Assembly: GCA_964477955.1 (NCBI GenBank) | Contig: CAYZGG010000006.1 | Span: 16,179-80,178 of the forward strand | DNA from: an uncultured Opitutaceae bacterium | GTDB taxonomy: Bacteria; Verrucomicrobiota; Verrucomicrobiia; Opitutales; Opitutaceae | Length of the DNA: 64,000 bases | Reading direction: 5' to 3' | Shown: positions 18,906-28,651 of the stretch, piece by piece | How the letters are laid out: every line of letters starts with the position of its first letter | How positions within the stretch are numbered: position 1 is the stretch's first letter | Made by a program: the position numbers and the translations under genes | The notes under the pieces: generated by a model | Told to the model about the DNA's origin: nothing | Databases searched by the model: none | What the model saw: the letters and a program-made list of their open reading frames with translations, nothing else

Positions 18906-20408
18906 TCACAAAGCCTTCGGGAAAAACGGCTGCAGCGCGCGGGTCAGCGCGTCGTGCCGTTCCTGCATCCGCGCATAGAGGGCGCGGTGCCTTTTCTCGG
19001 GAGCGCAACGCGAGGTTTCGTCGACCGCCACCGCCCGGGCGCAAAGCTCGGCCAACGGCGTCTTCCGCCCGGAGCGCAATCCATCGCACCACGCGGCCTG
19101 CAGGGCGCCGCCCAGGGCCGCCCCTTCGTCCTCGATCATCTTCACCACCGGCACACCAAAGATGTCCGCCATGATCTGCCGCCAGGCCGCCGATTTCGCG
19201 CCGCCGCCCGTCAGCCGGATTTCCTTCGGCTTGATCCCCAGCTGGCCCAGCCGGCGCAGCCCGTAGTTCATGCCGAGGGTCACGCCCTCCATGGCCGCCC
19301 GCAGCAGGTAACTGCGCTCGGTCGTCGTCCGGGTCAGACCGAACATCACGCCCCGGGCCGTGGGCAGGTTCGGCGTGCGCTCACCGTCCAGATACGGGAG
19401 CAGCTGCAAGCCGTCCGCTCCGGCCGGCGCTGCGGCCACCGCCGCTTCCATCGCGGCGATGTCCGCGCTGAGCAGCTTCGAGAACTGGCCGGTCACCAGC
19501 GTGACATTCATCGTGCAGAGCAGCGGCATCCAGCCGCCCGTGGACGAACAGAAGGCCGCGATCTCCCCGCGTGGGTCGATCACCGGTTTCTTGCTGAAAG
19601 CGTAGATCGTGCCGCTGGTGCCGAAGCTCGCCGTCACCACCCCGGGCGCGACGTTGCCGGTGCCGATGGCCCCCATCATGTTGTCGCCGCCGCCGGCCGA
19701 AACCACCACTTCGCCGGTGAAACCATACCGTTGCGCCAGCTCCGGTTTCAGCACGCCGGCCGCCTTGTCCGGTGACGAGATCGGCGGCAGGCATTCGCCG
19801 AGCTTCCGATCGATGGCCGCGATCACCTCTTTCGACCAGGTGCGTTTGCGGACGTCCATCAGGGCCGTGCCGGAAGCGTCGCCGTGCTCCATGAAATAGT
19901 TGCCCGTCAGCCAGAAATTCAGGTAATCATGCGGCAGCAGGACGTGGCGCAGGCGCTTGAAATTCTCCGGCTCGTGGCGTTTCAGCCAGAGGATCTTGGG
20001 CGCGGTGTAGCCGGGAAGGAACGGCAGCCCGGCCCGGCGGATCACCGCCGCGGTGCCGCCGAGTTTCTTGGTCAGCCACGCGCATTCGGGCGCCGTGCTG
20101 GTGTCGCACCAGAGTTTGGCGGGGCGGATGACCTGCCCGAAACCGTCGAGAGGGACGAAGCCGTGCTGCTGGCCGGACACCCCGATGCCGCGGACGCGGG
20201 CGCGATCGATTTTTTCCGCCACTTCGGCGATCACATGGTCGAGCGCCGCGGTCCATTCCTGCGGACGCTGTTCCATGTGGCCCGGCGGCAGGCCGGCAAT
20301 GAGGGAATGAGGCGCGCGGGCCTCCGCGATCACCGCGCCGCGTTCCAGGTCGAACGCGACGGCCTTGGTGCTTTGTGTGCCTGAATCGATGCCAATGTAG
20401 ATGCTCAT
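18906..20408 (-). CDS. xylB: Xylulokinase (FGGY family)
   Basis: GIDSGTQSTK, SGQQHG, LWCD, GGGDN and PYLDGERTP motifs. Confidence 0.9.
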   Translation of the reverse strand: MSIYIGIDSGTQSTKAVAFDLERGAVIAEARAPHSLIAGLPPGHMEQRPQEWTAALDHVIAEVAEKIDRARVRGIGVSGQQHGFVPLDGFGQVIRPAKLWCDTSTAPECAWLTKKLGGTAAVIRRAGLPFLPGYTAPKILWLKRHEPENFKRLRHVLLPHDYLNFWLTGNYFMEHGDASGTALMDVRKRTWSKEVIAAIDRKLGECLPPISSPDKAAGVLKPELAQRYGFTGEVVVSAGGGDNMMGAIGTGNVAPGVVTASFGTSGTIYAFSKKPVIDPRGEIAAFCSSTGGWMPLLCTMNVTLVTGQFSKLLSADIAAMEAAVAAAPAGADGLQLLPYLDGERTPNLPTARGVMFGLTRTTTERSYLLRAAMEGVTLGMNYGLRRLGQLGIKPKEIRLTGGGAKSAAWRQIMADIFGVPVVKMIEDEGAALGGALQAAWCDGLRSGRKTPLAELCARAVAVDETSRCAPEKRHRALYARMQERHDALTRALQPFFPKAL

Positions 20409-20454
20409 GGGGATGGGTTGGAAGTTTGGTTAGAAAAGCATTTGCGGGCGAAAG

Positions 20455-21489
20455 TCACGACGGAAGCGCATTCGCCGCGACGCCTGGTCCAAGGGATGCC
20501 CGCAAGATCCGGCGCAGAACCGCACGGATGTGCCGGGCCAGCGCGGCGTTGGCGTAGCCGACCCAGGCCACGGCGGAGGTCGTGTCAAGCGGCTGACGCA
20601 AGTCCCCGCCGAGCGGGTCCTCCACCACGCAGCCGGCTTCGCGGGCAATCAACGCGGTGCAAATATCGTACGGGTGGCAGACGAGCGGAGCGGTGAAACC
20701 TATCTTGGCAAACACCAGCGGACGCAGGTCGGCGATGAAACGGTCGTGACCGGCGATCAGTTCGTAAAGCTGGCCGCCCGTGCTGATGTACTGGTCGTCG
20801 AACACGAGCGGACTGGCCTGCCGGTTCAACCCATAAAGCCGGTCCCAAAGCTCTTCCTCGATTCTCGCCGTGAGCGCTTTGCCTTCCGGAAAAAACTTCA
20901 CCAGCCCCGCGAATCCACCGCGGCAATCGCGCTCCTGGCTCGGGGCCGGCCGGAACGGACGCCGCGCCCCCGTGAGAATGTTAACCGCCATGGCCTTCAT
21001 CCCCTGCCCACGCACCGCGCTGAATTGGTCCGCACGCCATTGTTTGCTCGTGGGCAGTTCCGTCATGGCCGCCACAACGACATCCCCGAGATGCGTGCGC
21101 CGCCCGCGCTGCGGCGCGAGTGCGGCGAGGATCCATGCGCTGCGCTTGTCGTACATCAGGTTGCGGGTGCCGTCGATCGGATCGATGATGCACTTGCAGA
21201 TCGTCCGCGTCACCGGGGTCCCGGCGGGAAAGGTCACCGCGCCACGGTCCTCCAACCCCTCCATGACCAGTTCGACAGGCCACGCCTTCGGCCAGTGCGC
21301 CGCGAACCAATCGAGAATCGCGTCCTCGCTGAGCCGGTCCACGTGGTAGATTGTGTCGGCCGCGGTGACAGCGGCGACCTTGGCGAAATTCCGGGACTGG
21401 TGCCGGCGCGCGGCGGCCAGCGTCTGGCGAATGCAATCCTGCAGCCGGCACAACAGCAGGCGGGCCCGCTCGAGGTCGCGGCCGGTCAT
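20455..21489 (-). CDS. Inositol monophosphatase/FBPase-fold protein
   Basis: IIDPIDGT metal-binding motif; HPYD. Confidence 0.75.
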   Translation of the reverse strand: MTGRDLERARLLLCRLQDCIRQTLAAARRHQSRNFAKVAAVTAADTIYHVDRLSEDAILDWFAAHWPKAWPVELVMEGLEDRGAVTFPAGTPVTRTICKCIIDPIDGTRNLMYDKRSAWILAALAPQRGRRTHLGDVVVAAMTELPTSKQWRADQFSAVRGQGMKAMAVNILTGARRPFRPAPSQERDCRGGFAGLVKFFPEGKALTARIEEELWDRLYGLNRQASPLVFDDQYISTGGQLYELIAGHDRFIADLRPLVFAKIGFTAPLVCHPYDICTALIAREAGCVVEDPLGGDLRQPLDTTSAVAWVGYANAALARHIRAVLRRILRASLGPGVAANALPS

Positions 21490-21876
21490 GAGGTCTGCCT
21501 CCGCCACCGCACTGCCCGGGCCGGCGCCGCCCCGATCCAAATCCCTCCGGCGCGCCGGGCCGGGAGGAGCGCCCGTTCCACGTGCAAGGCCTGCCGCTGT
21601 TCCCGGGCCCGGATCATGGGGCGCGCAACCGGCAGACTGCATCGCCGGCGGTCCGTCTCGCGGGGCGACGCAGGATGCGCATGAAAACATTGGGCATAAC
21701 GCACCCTTTGAAATCGAAATCCCCGGCCAAAGTCATTCCCTAACTTCGTCAACTGTTGGACCGACCGCTGGCCGGTTCCCCGCCGCGCCGTCCGCGCCAC
21801 CGGCTATGACGTCCGGTTCCGGGGATCGGGCTTGCCATCCCCGGCCGCCGGTTCTGAGCTGGTTGGTTCCGCCGCC

Positions 21877-23400
21877 ATGCCACCCACCCCCTTCCGCAGC
21901 CAGCTCATCGCCGACGTCGGTATCTCCTTCGGTGACGAAGGCAAAGGCCGCCTGATCCCGGAGATCATCGACGAATTGCGCGACACCCCCGCCGCGGTGT
22001 CCGTGGTTTTCAAGGTCAACGGCGGCTCCAATTCCGGGCACACCGCCGGCGGCATCAAGCTCAACCTCCTGCCCGCCGGCGTCGTCGCCGCCGGCGTCCC
22101 CCACCTGTGCCTCGGCGCGGGCGTGGTGGCCGACCCGCGCAAGATCCTTTGGGAGGCCCTGCCGCTGGAGCGCAAAGGCTATTCCATCTTCCCGCGGCTG
22201 CTGATCGACGAGCGCACGCTGGTCTCCGATCTTTCGCACCGTCTGCTCGACCTCGCGTGGGAGGACTACCGCGTCAACATCCTGCAGGAGGAACCGCGCG
22301 GTTCCACCGGGCGCGGCATCACCCCGGCCTATCAGGACGAGACCGGTCAGTGGCAGATCACCTTCGCGGACTTTCTCGGCGGCCCGAATTATTTCGCGCG
22401 GAAAATCGCCGCCCGCGCCGACCGCGCCGTGCGCACCATCCAGCATGTCTGCCGCGTCAGCCCGGCCGCGTGGGATGCGTTTTTCGAGAAACTCACCGTC
22501 GCCGAGACCCGGGCCAATGCCGAGGCGACCGAAGCCGGACTGTTTGCCAAGGAGGAGTTCGATTTCGGCCGGTTCAAGGGCGACGCGCCCTTCACGCTCG
22601 ATCTCCCGAAGCTCACGGCGGCGTATTGGGACGCCGGCCAGCGGTTGCGGCGGAACATCGGCGAGGTGCGCGAACTCATGCTGCGCGAACTCGCCGCGGG
22701 CCACAGCATCGTGGGCGAATTCGGCCAGGCCTACTGGCTCGACAAACGCCATGGCTTTTCGCCGAACGTCACCGCCTCGCACACCTTCACGCCGGAATTT
22801 TTCGAGAGCGCCGGCCTGCCGCTCCAGCCCGTCCACGCGTTCGCCGTGGCGAAAGCCTACGACACGAAGGTCGGCACGCACACCTTCATCACGCAGATGG
22901 ACGAGGCCCTGCCGATCACGCAGCAGCTGAAACAGCTCGAGTTCGGCACGACCACCGGCCGCCAGCGCATGGTCGGCTGGTACGATGCGGTGGAGAAAGG
23001 CGACGCGCTGCGCTACGGCGGGTTTCAGGATTTGATGATCAACAAAATCGACGCCCTCACCGGTGCCCCCGAGCTGCTCATCTGCACCGCGTACGAGGAC
23101 CCCGCTGGCCGGCGCCATGCGCACGTGCCGCGCAACGAGGCCGTCCGCCGCACCCTGCGTCCCGTTTATTCGAAACATCCCGGCTGGACGGAGGATCTTT
23201 CCGGCCTGCGCAGCTTCCGCGATCTCCCGCGCAACGCCCAGCTCTACACCGCGGCCATGGTCCGCTCGCTGGTCCAGGTTGCCTATCCCGAGAAACGGCC
23301 CGCGATGCTGCCCAACCTCCGCTACCTCGGCGTCGGCCCCGCGCCGTCGCAGATCATCAAGGACGTGCCGCCGACGGCGGAGTTGATTCAGCTGGGCTGA
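21877..23400 (+). CDS. purA: Adenylosuccinate synthetase (divergent)
   Basis: [36 protein letters not shown] and NKID motifs. Confidence 0.9.
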   Translation: MPPTPFRSQLIADVGISFGDEGKGRLIPEIIDELRDTPAAVSVVFKVNGGSNSGHTAGGIKLNLLPAGVVAAGVPHLCLGAGVVADPRKILWEALPLERKGYSIFPRLLIDERTLVSDLSHRLLDLAWEDYRVNILQEEPRGSTGRGITPAYQDETGQWQITFADFLGGPNYFARKIAARADRAVRTIQHVCRVSPAAWDAFFEKLTVAETRANAEATEAGLFAKEEFDFGRFKGDAPFTLDLPKLTAAYWDAGQRLRRNIGEVRELMLRELAAGHSIVGEFGQAYWLDKRHGFSPNVTASHTFTPEFFESAGLPLQPVHAFAVAKAYDTKVGTHTFITQMDEALPITQQLKQLEFGTTTGRQRMVGWYDAVEKGDALRYGGFQDLMINKIDALTGAPELLICTAYEDPAGRRHAHVPRNEAVRRTLRPVYSKHPGWTEDLSGLRSFRDLPRNAQLYTAAMVRSLVQVAYPEKRPAMLPNLRYLGVGPAPSQIIKDVPPTAELIQLG

Positions 23401-23433
23401 GGCGCCTGGTCCGGGAACGTACGGTTTAGCAAA

Positions 23434-23706
23434 GGCGGGACCGGACCTCCGGGCCGGTTCGCAAACTCAGCTCAAGTAGCGCAGGCTTCCAGCCTGCTTC
23501 GGGTGCCAGCAGGCAGGGATGCCTGCGCTACGCCCACCTCCACGCGGGCGGTTTTGGTTGCGCAGAACGGCCCGGTGCAAAGTGAGCGTGATGATTCTGC
23601 TGGCCAGCAGAACGGACGGGCCGGCGGTGCGAAGTGCCATTGCCTTCGCGGTCCGTCCCTACCGGCGCTGCCCCGCCAAAGGCAAAATCCTACGGGCGCT
23701 TGGTAT
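23434..23706. repeat. Composite REP cluster and MITE end between purA and glmM
   Basis: Unit at 23434-23459; GTAGCGCAGGC pair at 23476-23531; 23648-23706 matches 38791-38849 at 54/59. Confidence 0.8.
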
Positions 23707-25073
23707 CACACCACATCCAGGTCCTCGCGCGCAGCGGCTTCCAGGCGCGCGAGGCTCGCACTGACGGTCTCTTCGGTCGGGCCCTCGACCAGCAGGCGCA
23801 GCAGGGATTCCGTGCCGGAGTAACGGACGAGCACCCGGCCCTGCGCACCGAGCTCGGACTCGACCGCCTTGATGGCCGCGGTGAGGGCCGGCAGGGTTTC
23901 AATAGGCTTTTTCTCCCGCACCAGCAGCGCGGCCGTGCGCTGGGGAAATTTCTGCAGCCCCTGGCGCAACTCCGACAGCAACTGCCGCGTGGCGAGCATG
24001 ACCTCGATGACCTTGAGCGCCGCGACCAGTCCGTCACCGGTCGGGGAGACATCCGCGCACACCACGTGACCCGACGATTCGCCGCCGAGGGTTGCGCCCT
24101 CGGCCAGCATGCGTTCGATCACATAGCGGTCGCCCACCGGGGTGCGGCAGACGCGGCCGCCGGCGGCTTTCACCGCCGCGTCGACCCCGAGATTGCTCTG
24201 CACGGTCACCACCAGGGTTTGGTTGGCGAGGCGGTCTTCCTTGAGCGCATGGAGGGCCAGCAGGGTGAGAATCTCGTCGCCGTCCAACACCTCGCCGGTT
24301 TCGTCGCACAATACGCAACGATCGGCGTCGCCATCGTGCGCTATGCCGAGGGTGGCCGTGCCCGCGCGGACCGCCGCGCACATTTTCTCCGGGTGCTGGC
24401 TGCCGACGCCGTCGTTGATGTTGTGCCCGTCGGGCTGGTTGCCCAGCAGCACCAGTTCGGCGCCAAGCTGCTGCAGCACGTCGCGGCTGGTGGTGCACGC
24501 CGCCCCGTTGGCGGTATCGAGCACGATCTTCCAGCCGCTGAGAGCGTTCATCGGCAAAAGGGCGGTAACCGTCTTCTTGTACAGCGTCGAGGCGTCGAGA
24601 AATGGCGCGGCCGTCAGCGGGGAAGCCGGAGCCGAACCGGACGCGCGGATGTCGGCGGGCAGGCCGTCCATCAGGCGTTCGATTTCGCATTCCTCCGCGT
24701 CCGAAAGCTTGAGGCCGGAGCCGCCGAAGAATTTGATGCCGTTGTCCGCGGCGGGATTGTGCGAAGCGGTGACGACGGCGCCCAGCACCGCCTTTTCGAG
24801 CCGCACCGCCAGATTGACCGCGGGGGTGGGCAGGATTCCCGCCTGCATCGGGACGAGGCCGGCCGAGGCGAGGCCCTCCGCCAGCGCGTGGGCGAGGCTG
24901 GGACCAGAGGCACGCGTGTCGCAACCGATAATCGCGAGCGCACCCGGCGTCGCCCCGCCCGCCAGAACGAACCGGGCCGCGGCAGCGCCGAGCCGGCGCG
25001 CGAAAGCCTCGTTCATCAGTTCTCCGCCATACCGCCCGCGGACCCCGTCGGTGCCAAAATAGTTCCGCTTCAT
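23706..25073 (-). CDS. glmM: Phosphoglucosamine mutase
   Basis: YFGTDGVRG, TASHNP, DGDADR, GGESSGH and RYSGTE motifs. Confidence 0.93.
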   Translation of the reverse strand: MKRNYFGTDGVRGRYGGELMNEAFARRLGAAAARFVLAGGATPGALAIIGCDTRASGPSLAHALAEGLASAGLVPMQAGILPTPAVNLAVRLEKAVLGAVVTASHNPAADNGIKFFGGSGLKLSDAEECEIERLMDGLPADIRASGSAPASPLTAAPFLDASTLYKKTVTALLPMNALSGWKIVLDTANGAACTTSRDVLQQLGAELVLLGNQPDGHNINDGVGSQHPEKMCAAVRAGTATLGIAHDGDADRCVLCDETGEVLDGDEILTLLALHALKEDRLANQTLVVTVQSNLGVDAAVKAAGGRVCRTPVGDRYVIERMLAEGATLGGESSGHVVCADVSPTGDGLVAALKVIEVMLATRQLLSELRQGLQKFPQRTAALLVREKKPIETLPALTAAIKAVESELGAQGRVLVRYSGTESLLRLLVEGPTEETVSASLARLEAAAREDLDVV

Positions 25074-25090
25074 CGAGAAAAGGGTGTCGG

Positions 25091-26137
25091 TCAGGTCGTC
25101 CGGTAAAACTCGCGCATCGCCGAGATTTTGCGGGCGACCGCGCCGCCGACCAGCAGGTCGCGAGCCGGCGCAATTCCCGCGCGGATGTCCGGGGTACGGC
25201 CGGTGATCCAGAGGCCCGCCGCGGTGTTGAGTGCGATGGTGTCAACCAGCGCCGCGGGGCCGCGGCCGGCCAGGATCGCCGCGGCGATGGCGAGATTCTC
25301 CGCCAGATCGCCGCCGACCAGATCCTCGAACCGCCCCGGCGGCAGGCCGAAATCGGCGGCGGCCCAGCGACCCGCGCTGCCCCGGAGGCGGCCGAGTCCC
25401 TGCACGTGATTCTCGGTGGCGCTGGTCATTTCATCGATGCCCCGATCCGCAGCGATGACGCCGTGAGCGACCAGTCCCGCGGTCGCGCCGAGTGATTCCA
25501 AGGCTGTCGCCAGTTTCGCCACGACCGACGGCGAGAAGACCCCGACCAGAGCGTGCGCCGGCCGGCCGGGATTGATCAGCGGGCCGAGCAGATTGAAAAC
25601 CGTGCGGCGGCCGCGGGCGGCCAGTGCCTTGCGGGCCGGCGCCACGTGCTTGAAGGCCGGATGATAGGCCGGAGCGAAGAAAAAGCAGAAGCCGAGCTCT
25701 GACAGAGCGCGGCGATTTTTCTCCGGCGACGCCTCCAGATCGACGCCGAGCGCGGCCAGCAGGTCGGCGCTGCCGCATTTGGAGGTGATGCCGCGATTGC
25801 CGTGCTTCATCACGGGAACGCCGGCGCAGGCCAGGGTGAGCGTGACGAGACTGGAGATATTAAACCCACCGGCGTGATCGCCGCCGGTGCCGACGACGTC
25901 GAGCGCCCGCGGCGCCCATTCCTCGACGCCGGGATTGCGCGCGAGCGTCCGATAGGCCACGGCGAAGGCTGCGATCTCGGCGGGAGTTTCGCCTTTTTCG
26001 CCGAAAGCCGCGAGAAACCCGACCTTGGCTTCTTCCGACACTCCTTCGGGTGCCGCCAGCGCGTGGGCCGCAGCGGTGGCTTCGGACGCGGTGAGGTCCT
26101 GGCGGGCGGCGAGTTTAGTAGTGAGAGACTCCAACAT
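25091..26137 (-). CDS. trpD: Anthranilate phosphoribosyltransferase
   Basis: GTGGD, FNISS, KHGNR, GSAD and FNLLGPLINP motifs. Confidence 0.94.
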   Translation of the reverse strand: MLESLTTKLAARQDLTASEATAAAHALAAPEGVSEEAKVGFLAAFGEKGETPAEIAAFAVAYRTLARNPGVEEWAPRALDVVGTGGDHAGGFNISSLVTLTLACAGVPVMKHGNRGITSKCGSADLLAALGVDLEASPEKNRRALSELGFCFFFAPAYHPAFKHVAPARKALAARGRRTVFNLLGPLINPGRPAHALVGVFSPSVVAKLATALESLGATAGLVAHGVIAADRGIDEMTSATENHVQGLGRLRGSAGRWAAADFGLPPGRFEDLVGGDLAENLAIAAAILAGRGPAALVDTIALNTAAGLWITGRTPDIRAGIAPARDLLVGGAVARKISAMREFYRTT

Positions 26138-26242
26138 GAATCAGTGCAGAGAAGTGTCATTTATACGTACCCGGCAATTCCTAAAAACTCGACACCGGAA
26201 AGCCGATCTGGGAACAAACCCGGCGTGTTTTCACGAAAGATT

Positions 26243-27232
26243 GTGCAATTCCACCTCTTGCTCGCAATTCTCGTCTGCTCGGCCGGCGTGGCTCGCGCGG
26301 CGGAACAGGACAAAGCGCCGGTCGCCGAGCTCAGCGTGCGCGACGCCGTTGTGCTCGGGTTGGTCGAGGGCATCACCGAATTCCTGCCCGTGTCCTCGAC
26401 CGGGCACCTCATCATCGCCAGCCATTTCCTCGGACTCGAATCGGAAAAACCGCTCACGGACAGGAACGGGCAGCCGCTGTGGTACAAAAAACCGGGACCT
26501 AAAAATCCGGAGGGCCAACCCCTGACGGTCAAGTTGGCGGCCGACACCTACAATGTCATCATCCAGGTCGGCGCGATCGCCGCGGTGGTGGTGCTGTACT
26601 GGAGTCAGCTGTGGAACATCGTGCTCGGCGTTCTCGGCCGCAGCAATACGGGGCTGCGCCTGCTGCGCAACATCGTCCTGGCCGTGCTGCCGGCCATCGT
26701 CATCGGATTGCCGTTGCACGAGTGGATCGAGGTGCATCTTTTTTCGCTCTGGGTGGTCATTGCCGCGCAGGTGTTGGGTGGCCTGCTGATGCTCTGGGCC
26801 GAAGCCTGGCGGCGCCGGAATGCCGGGGTCGGTTCCGACCGCAACGAGCCGGCGGAGCTCTCGCCCGGCAAGGCCACGGGCATCGGCCTGGCACAATGTC
26901 TGGCGCTGTGTCCGGGCACGAGCCGGTCCATGGTGACGATCGTCGGAGGCTACCTCGCCGGGTTGAGCCCGGTGAAGGCCGCCGAGTTCAGCTTTTTGGT
27001 CGGGCTTCCCACCTTGGGCGGGGCGGCCCTGCTCAAGGCGGTCAAAACGGGCCCGGCCATGATCGAGGTGTTCGGTTGGGGGAACATGCTTCTCGGCATC
27101 CTGATCGCGACCGTCTCGGCGGTGGTGGCGGTCCGGTTTTTGGTGACTTTTCTGACGCGGCACGGTCTGGCGGTTTTTGCCTATTATCGGTTTGCGATGG
27201 CTCTGGCCCTCGCCGTCCTTTTTCTGTTTTGA
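26243..27232 (+). CDS. uppP: Undecaprenyl-diphosphate phosphatase
   Basis: EGITEFLPVSSTGH, PGTSRS and AEFSF motifs; start (GTG 26243) uncertain. Confidence 0.9.
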   Translation: MQFHLLLAILVCSAGVARAAEQDKAPVAELSVRDAVVLGLVEGITEFLPVSSTGHLIIASHFLGLESEKPLTDRNGQPLWYKKPGPKNPEGQPLTVKLAADTYNVIIQVGAIAAVVVLYWSQLWNIVLGVLGRSNTGLRLLRNIVLAVLPAIVIGLPLHEWIEVHLFSLWVVIAAQVLGGLLMLWAEAWRRRNAGVGSDRNEPAELSPGKATGIGLAQCLALCPGTSRSMVTIVGGYLAGLSPVKAAEFSFLVGLPTLGGAALLKAVKTGPAMIEVFGWGNMLLGILIATVSAVVAVRFLVTFLTRHGLAVFAYYRFAMALALAVLFLF

Positions 27233-27354
27233 TGGGGTTTGTGCCCAGGCCGTTTAAACCCTTGACGGCTCCGGGGGGCAACCTTACCAACCTCACCTTT
27301 ACAACATCAACGTGGCCCGCCCTCGCAAGCGGTCTGCACTACTAAAACCGATTT

Positions 27355-27531
27355 ATGGCCAATCCGAAACGCAAGCAATCCAAGCGCCGCAGTGCCAACC
27401 GCCGTGCCGCCAACGCCTTCAAGGCTCCCACTTTTTCCAAGGACACCGATGGTGGTGCCTTCCGTCCGCACCGGGTCAATCCCAAGACCGGCATTTATCG
27501 CGGACGCCAAGTCCTCGATGTAACGGTATAA
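27355..27531 (+). CDS. rpmF: 50S ribosomal protein L32 (58 aa, absent from the ORF track)
   Basis: MANPKRKQSKRRSANRR...RPHRVNPKTGIYRGRQV; canonical position before plsX. Confidence 0.93.
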   Translation: MANPKRKQSKRRSANRRAANAFKAPTFSKDTDGGAFRPHRVNPKTGIYRGRQVLDVTV

Positions 27532-27553
27532 TTGGGCTGATTGGTTTCATCCC

Positions 27554-28642
27554 ATAAACCCCGAGACCGCCAGTTCCGCGACCGCCCCGGCACGGATTGC
27601 TGTGGATGCGATGGGCGGTGACCGTGGCCCTGAAGAGGTGGTCGAAGCCATCAGGCTCGTCCTGACCTCGGGCGAGGCAGTCGAGCCCATCCTGTTGATC
27701 GGCCAGAGCGAGGTCTTGTCCCCTCTGCTCACCCGGGCCGGATTGGCCGGGCATCCCAAGCTCACCCTGGTTCATACCTCCGAGGTGATCACGATGGACG
27801 ACAAGCCGCTCAAGGCACTCAAGGCCAAGAAGGATTCATCGATGGTGCGCGCGCTCGAGCTCGTGAAAAGCGGCGAGGCCCGCGTCGCAGTAAGTTGCGG
27901 CAACACGGGCGCGCTCATGGCCGGCGCCACGCTGCGCCTGCGCACGATGGACGGCGTCGACCGACCCGCGCTGGCCGCGATCATCCCGCGCGAAGGCGGC
28001 CATTTCGTCCTGATCGATGCCGGCGCCAATCCCGAGGCGCGGCCGGAGGACATCATGCGCAACGCCGTGCTGGGCTCCAATTACGCCCGGGTCATCCTCG
28101 GCGTGCCCGAGCCGCGGGTCAGCCTGCTCACGATCGGCACCGAAGAGGGCAAGGGCAATTCCCAGGTCACGGAAACCCACGATCTGCTCAAGAAAACGGG
28201 AGCGGTCATCAATTACCGCGGACCCGTCGAAGGCTTTCAGGTGTTCTGCGACGAGGTCGACGTGCTTGTCTGCGATGCGTTTGTCGGCAACACCCTGCTC
28301 AAGACCTGGGAGTCGCTGGCGAAATTCATCACGGGGCATTTGCGCAAGGAATTGCGCAAGAACCCCCTACGCATGCTTGGGGCCGGGCTGGCCAAGGGCG
28401 CATTCGATTCGCTGCGGGACCGCATGAACCCCGACCGCTACGGCGGGGCCCCGTTGCTGGGGGTCCGCGGCAACATCCTGAAGACCCACGGTTCCAGCAA
28501 CCGGCACGCTTGGGCCAGCGCGATCCGGGCCGCCCAGAAGATCATCCAACACGACCTGTATCGCCGCATGGAACAGGACATCGCCCGCGCCAACGAACTC
28601 GTCGCCCGCCCGCTGCAGCCCGCCTCGCACGCCACTTCCTGA
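27554..28642 (+). CDS. plsX: Phosphate acyltransferase (start uncertain: ATA 27554, ATT 27596 or GTG 27602)
   Basis: RIAVDAMGGD, KKDSSM, GNTGA, RPALA, DAGAN and YGGAPLLG motifs. Confidence 0.92.
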   Translation: MNPETASSATAPARIAVDAMGGDRGPEEVVEAIRLVLTSGEAVEPILLIGQSEVLSPLLTRAGLAGHPKLTLVHTSEVITMDDKPLKALKAKKDSSMVRALELVKSGEARVAVSCGNTGALMAGATLRLRTMDGVDRPALAAIIPREGGHFVLIDAGANPEARPEDIMRNAVLGSNYARVILGVPEPRVSLLTIGTEEGKGNSQVTETHDLLKKTGAVINYRGPVEGFQVFCDEVDVLVCDAFVGNTLLKTWESLAKFITGHLRKELRKNPLRMLGAGLAKGAFDSLRDRMNPDRYGGAPLLGVRGNILKTHGSSNRHAWASAIRAAQKIIQHDLYRRMEQDIARANELVARPLQPASHATS

Positions 28643-28651
28643 ATCTACCCC

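Noticed and set aside
21490..21876. Purine-related riboswitch upstream of purA
   Set aside because: No purine, ZTP or PRPP aptamer consensus was recognisable; a TTGCCA-N17-TGAGCT promoter-like element explains the region.
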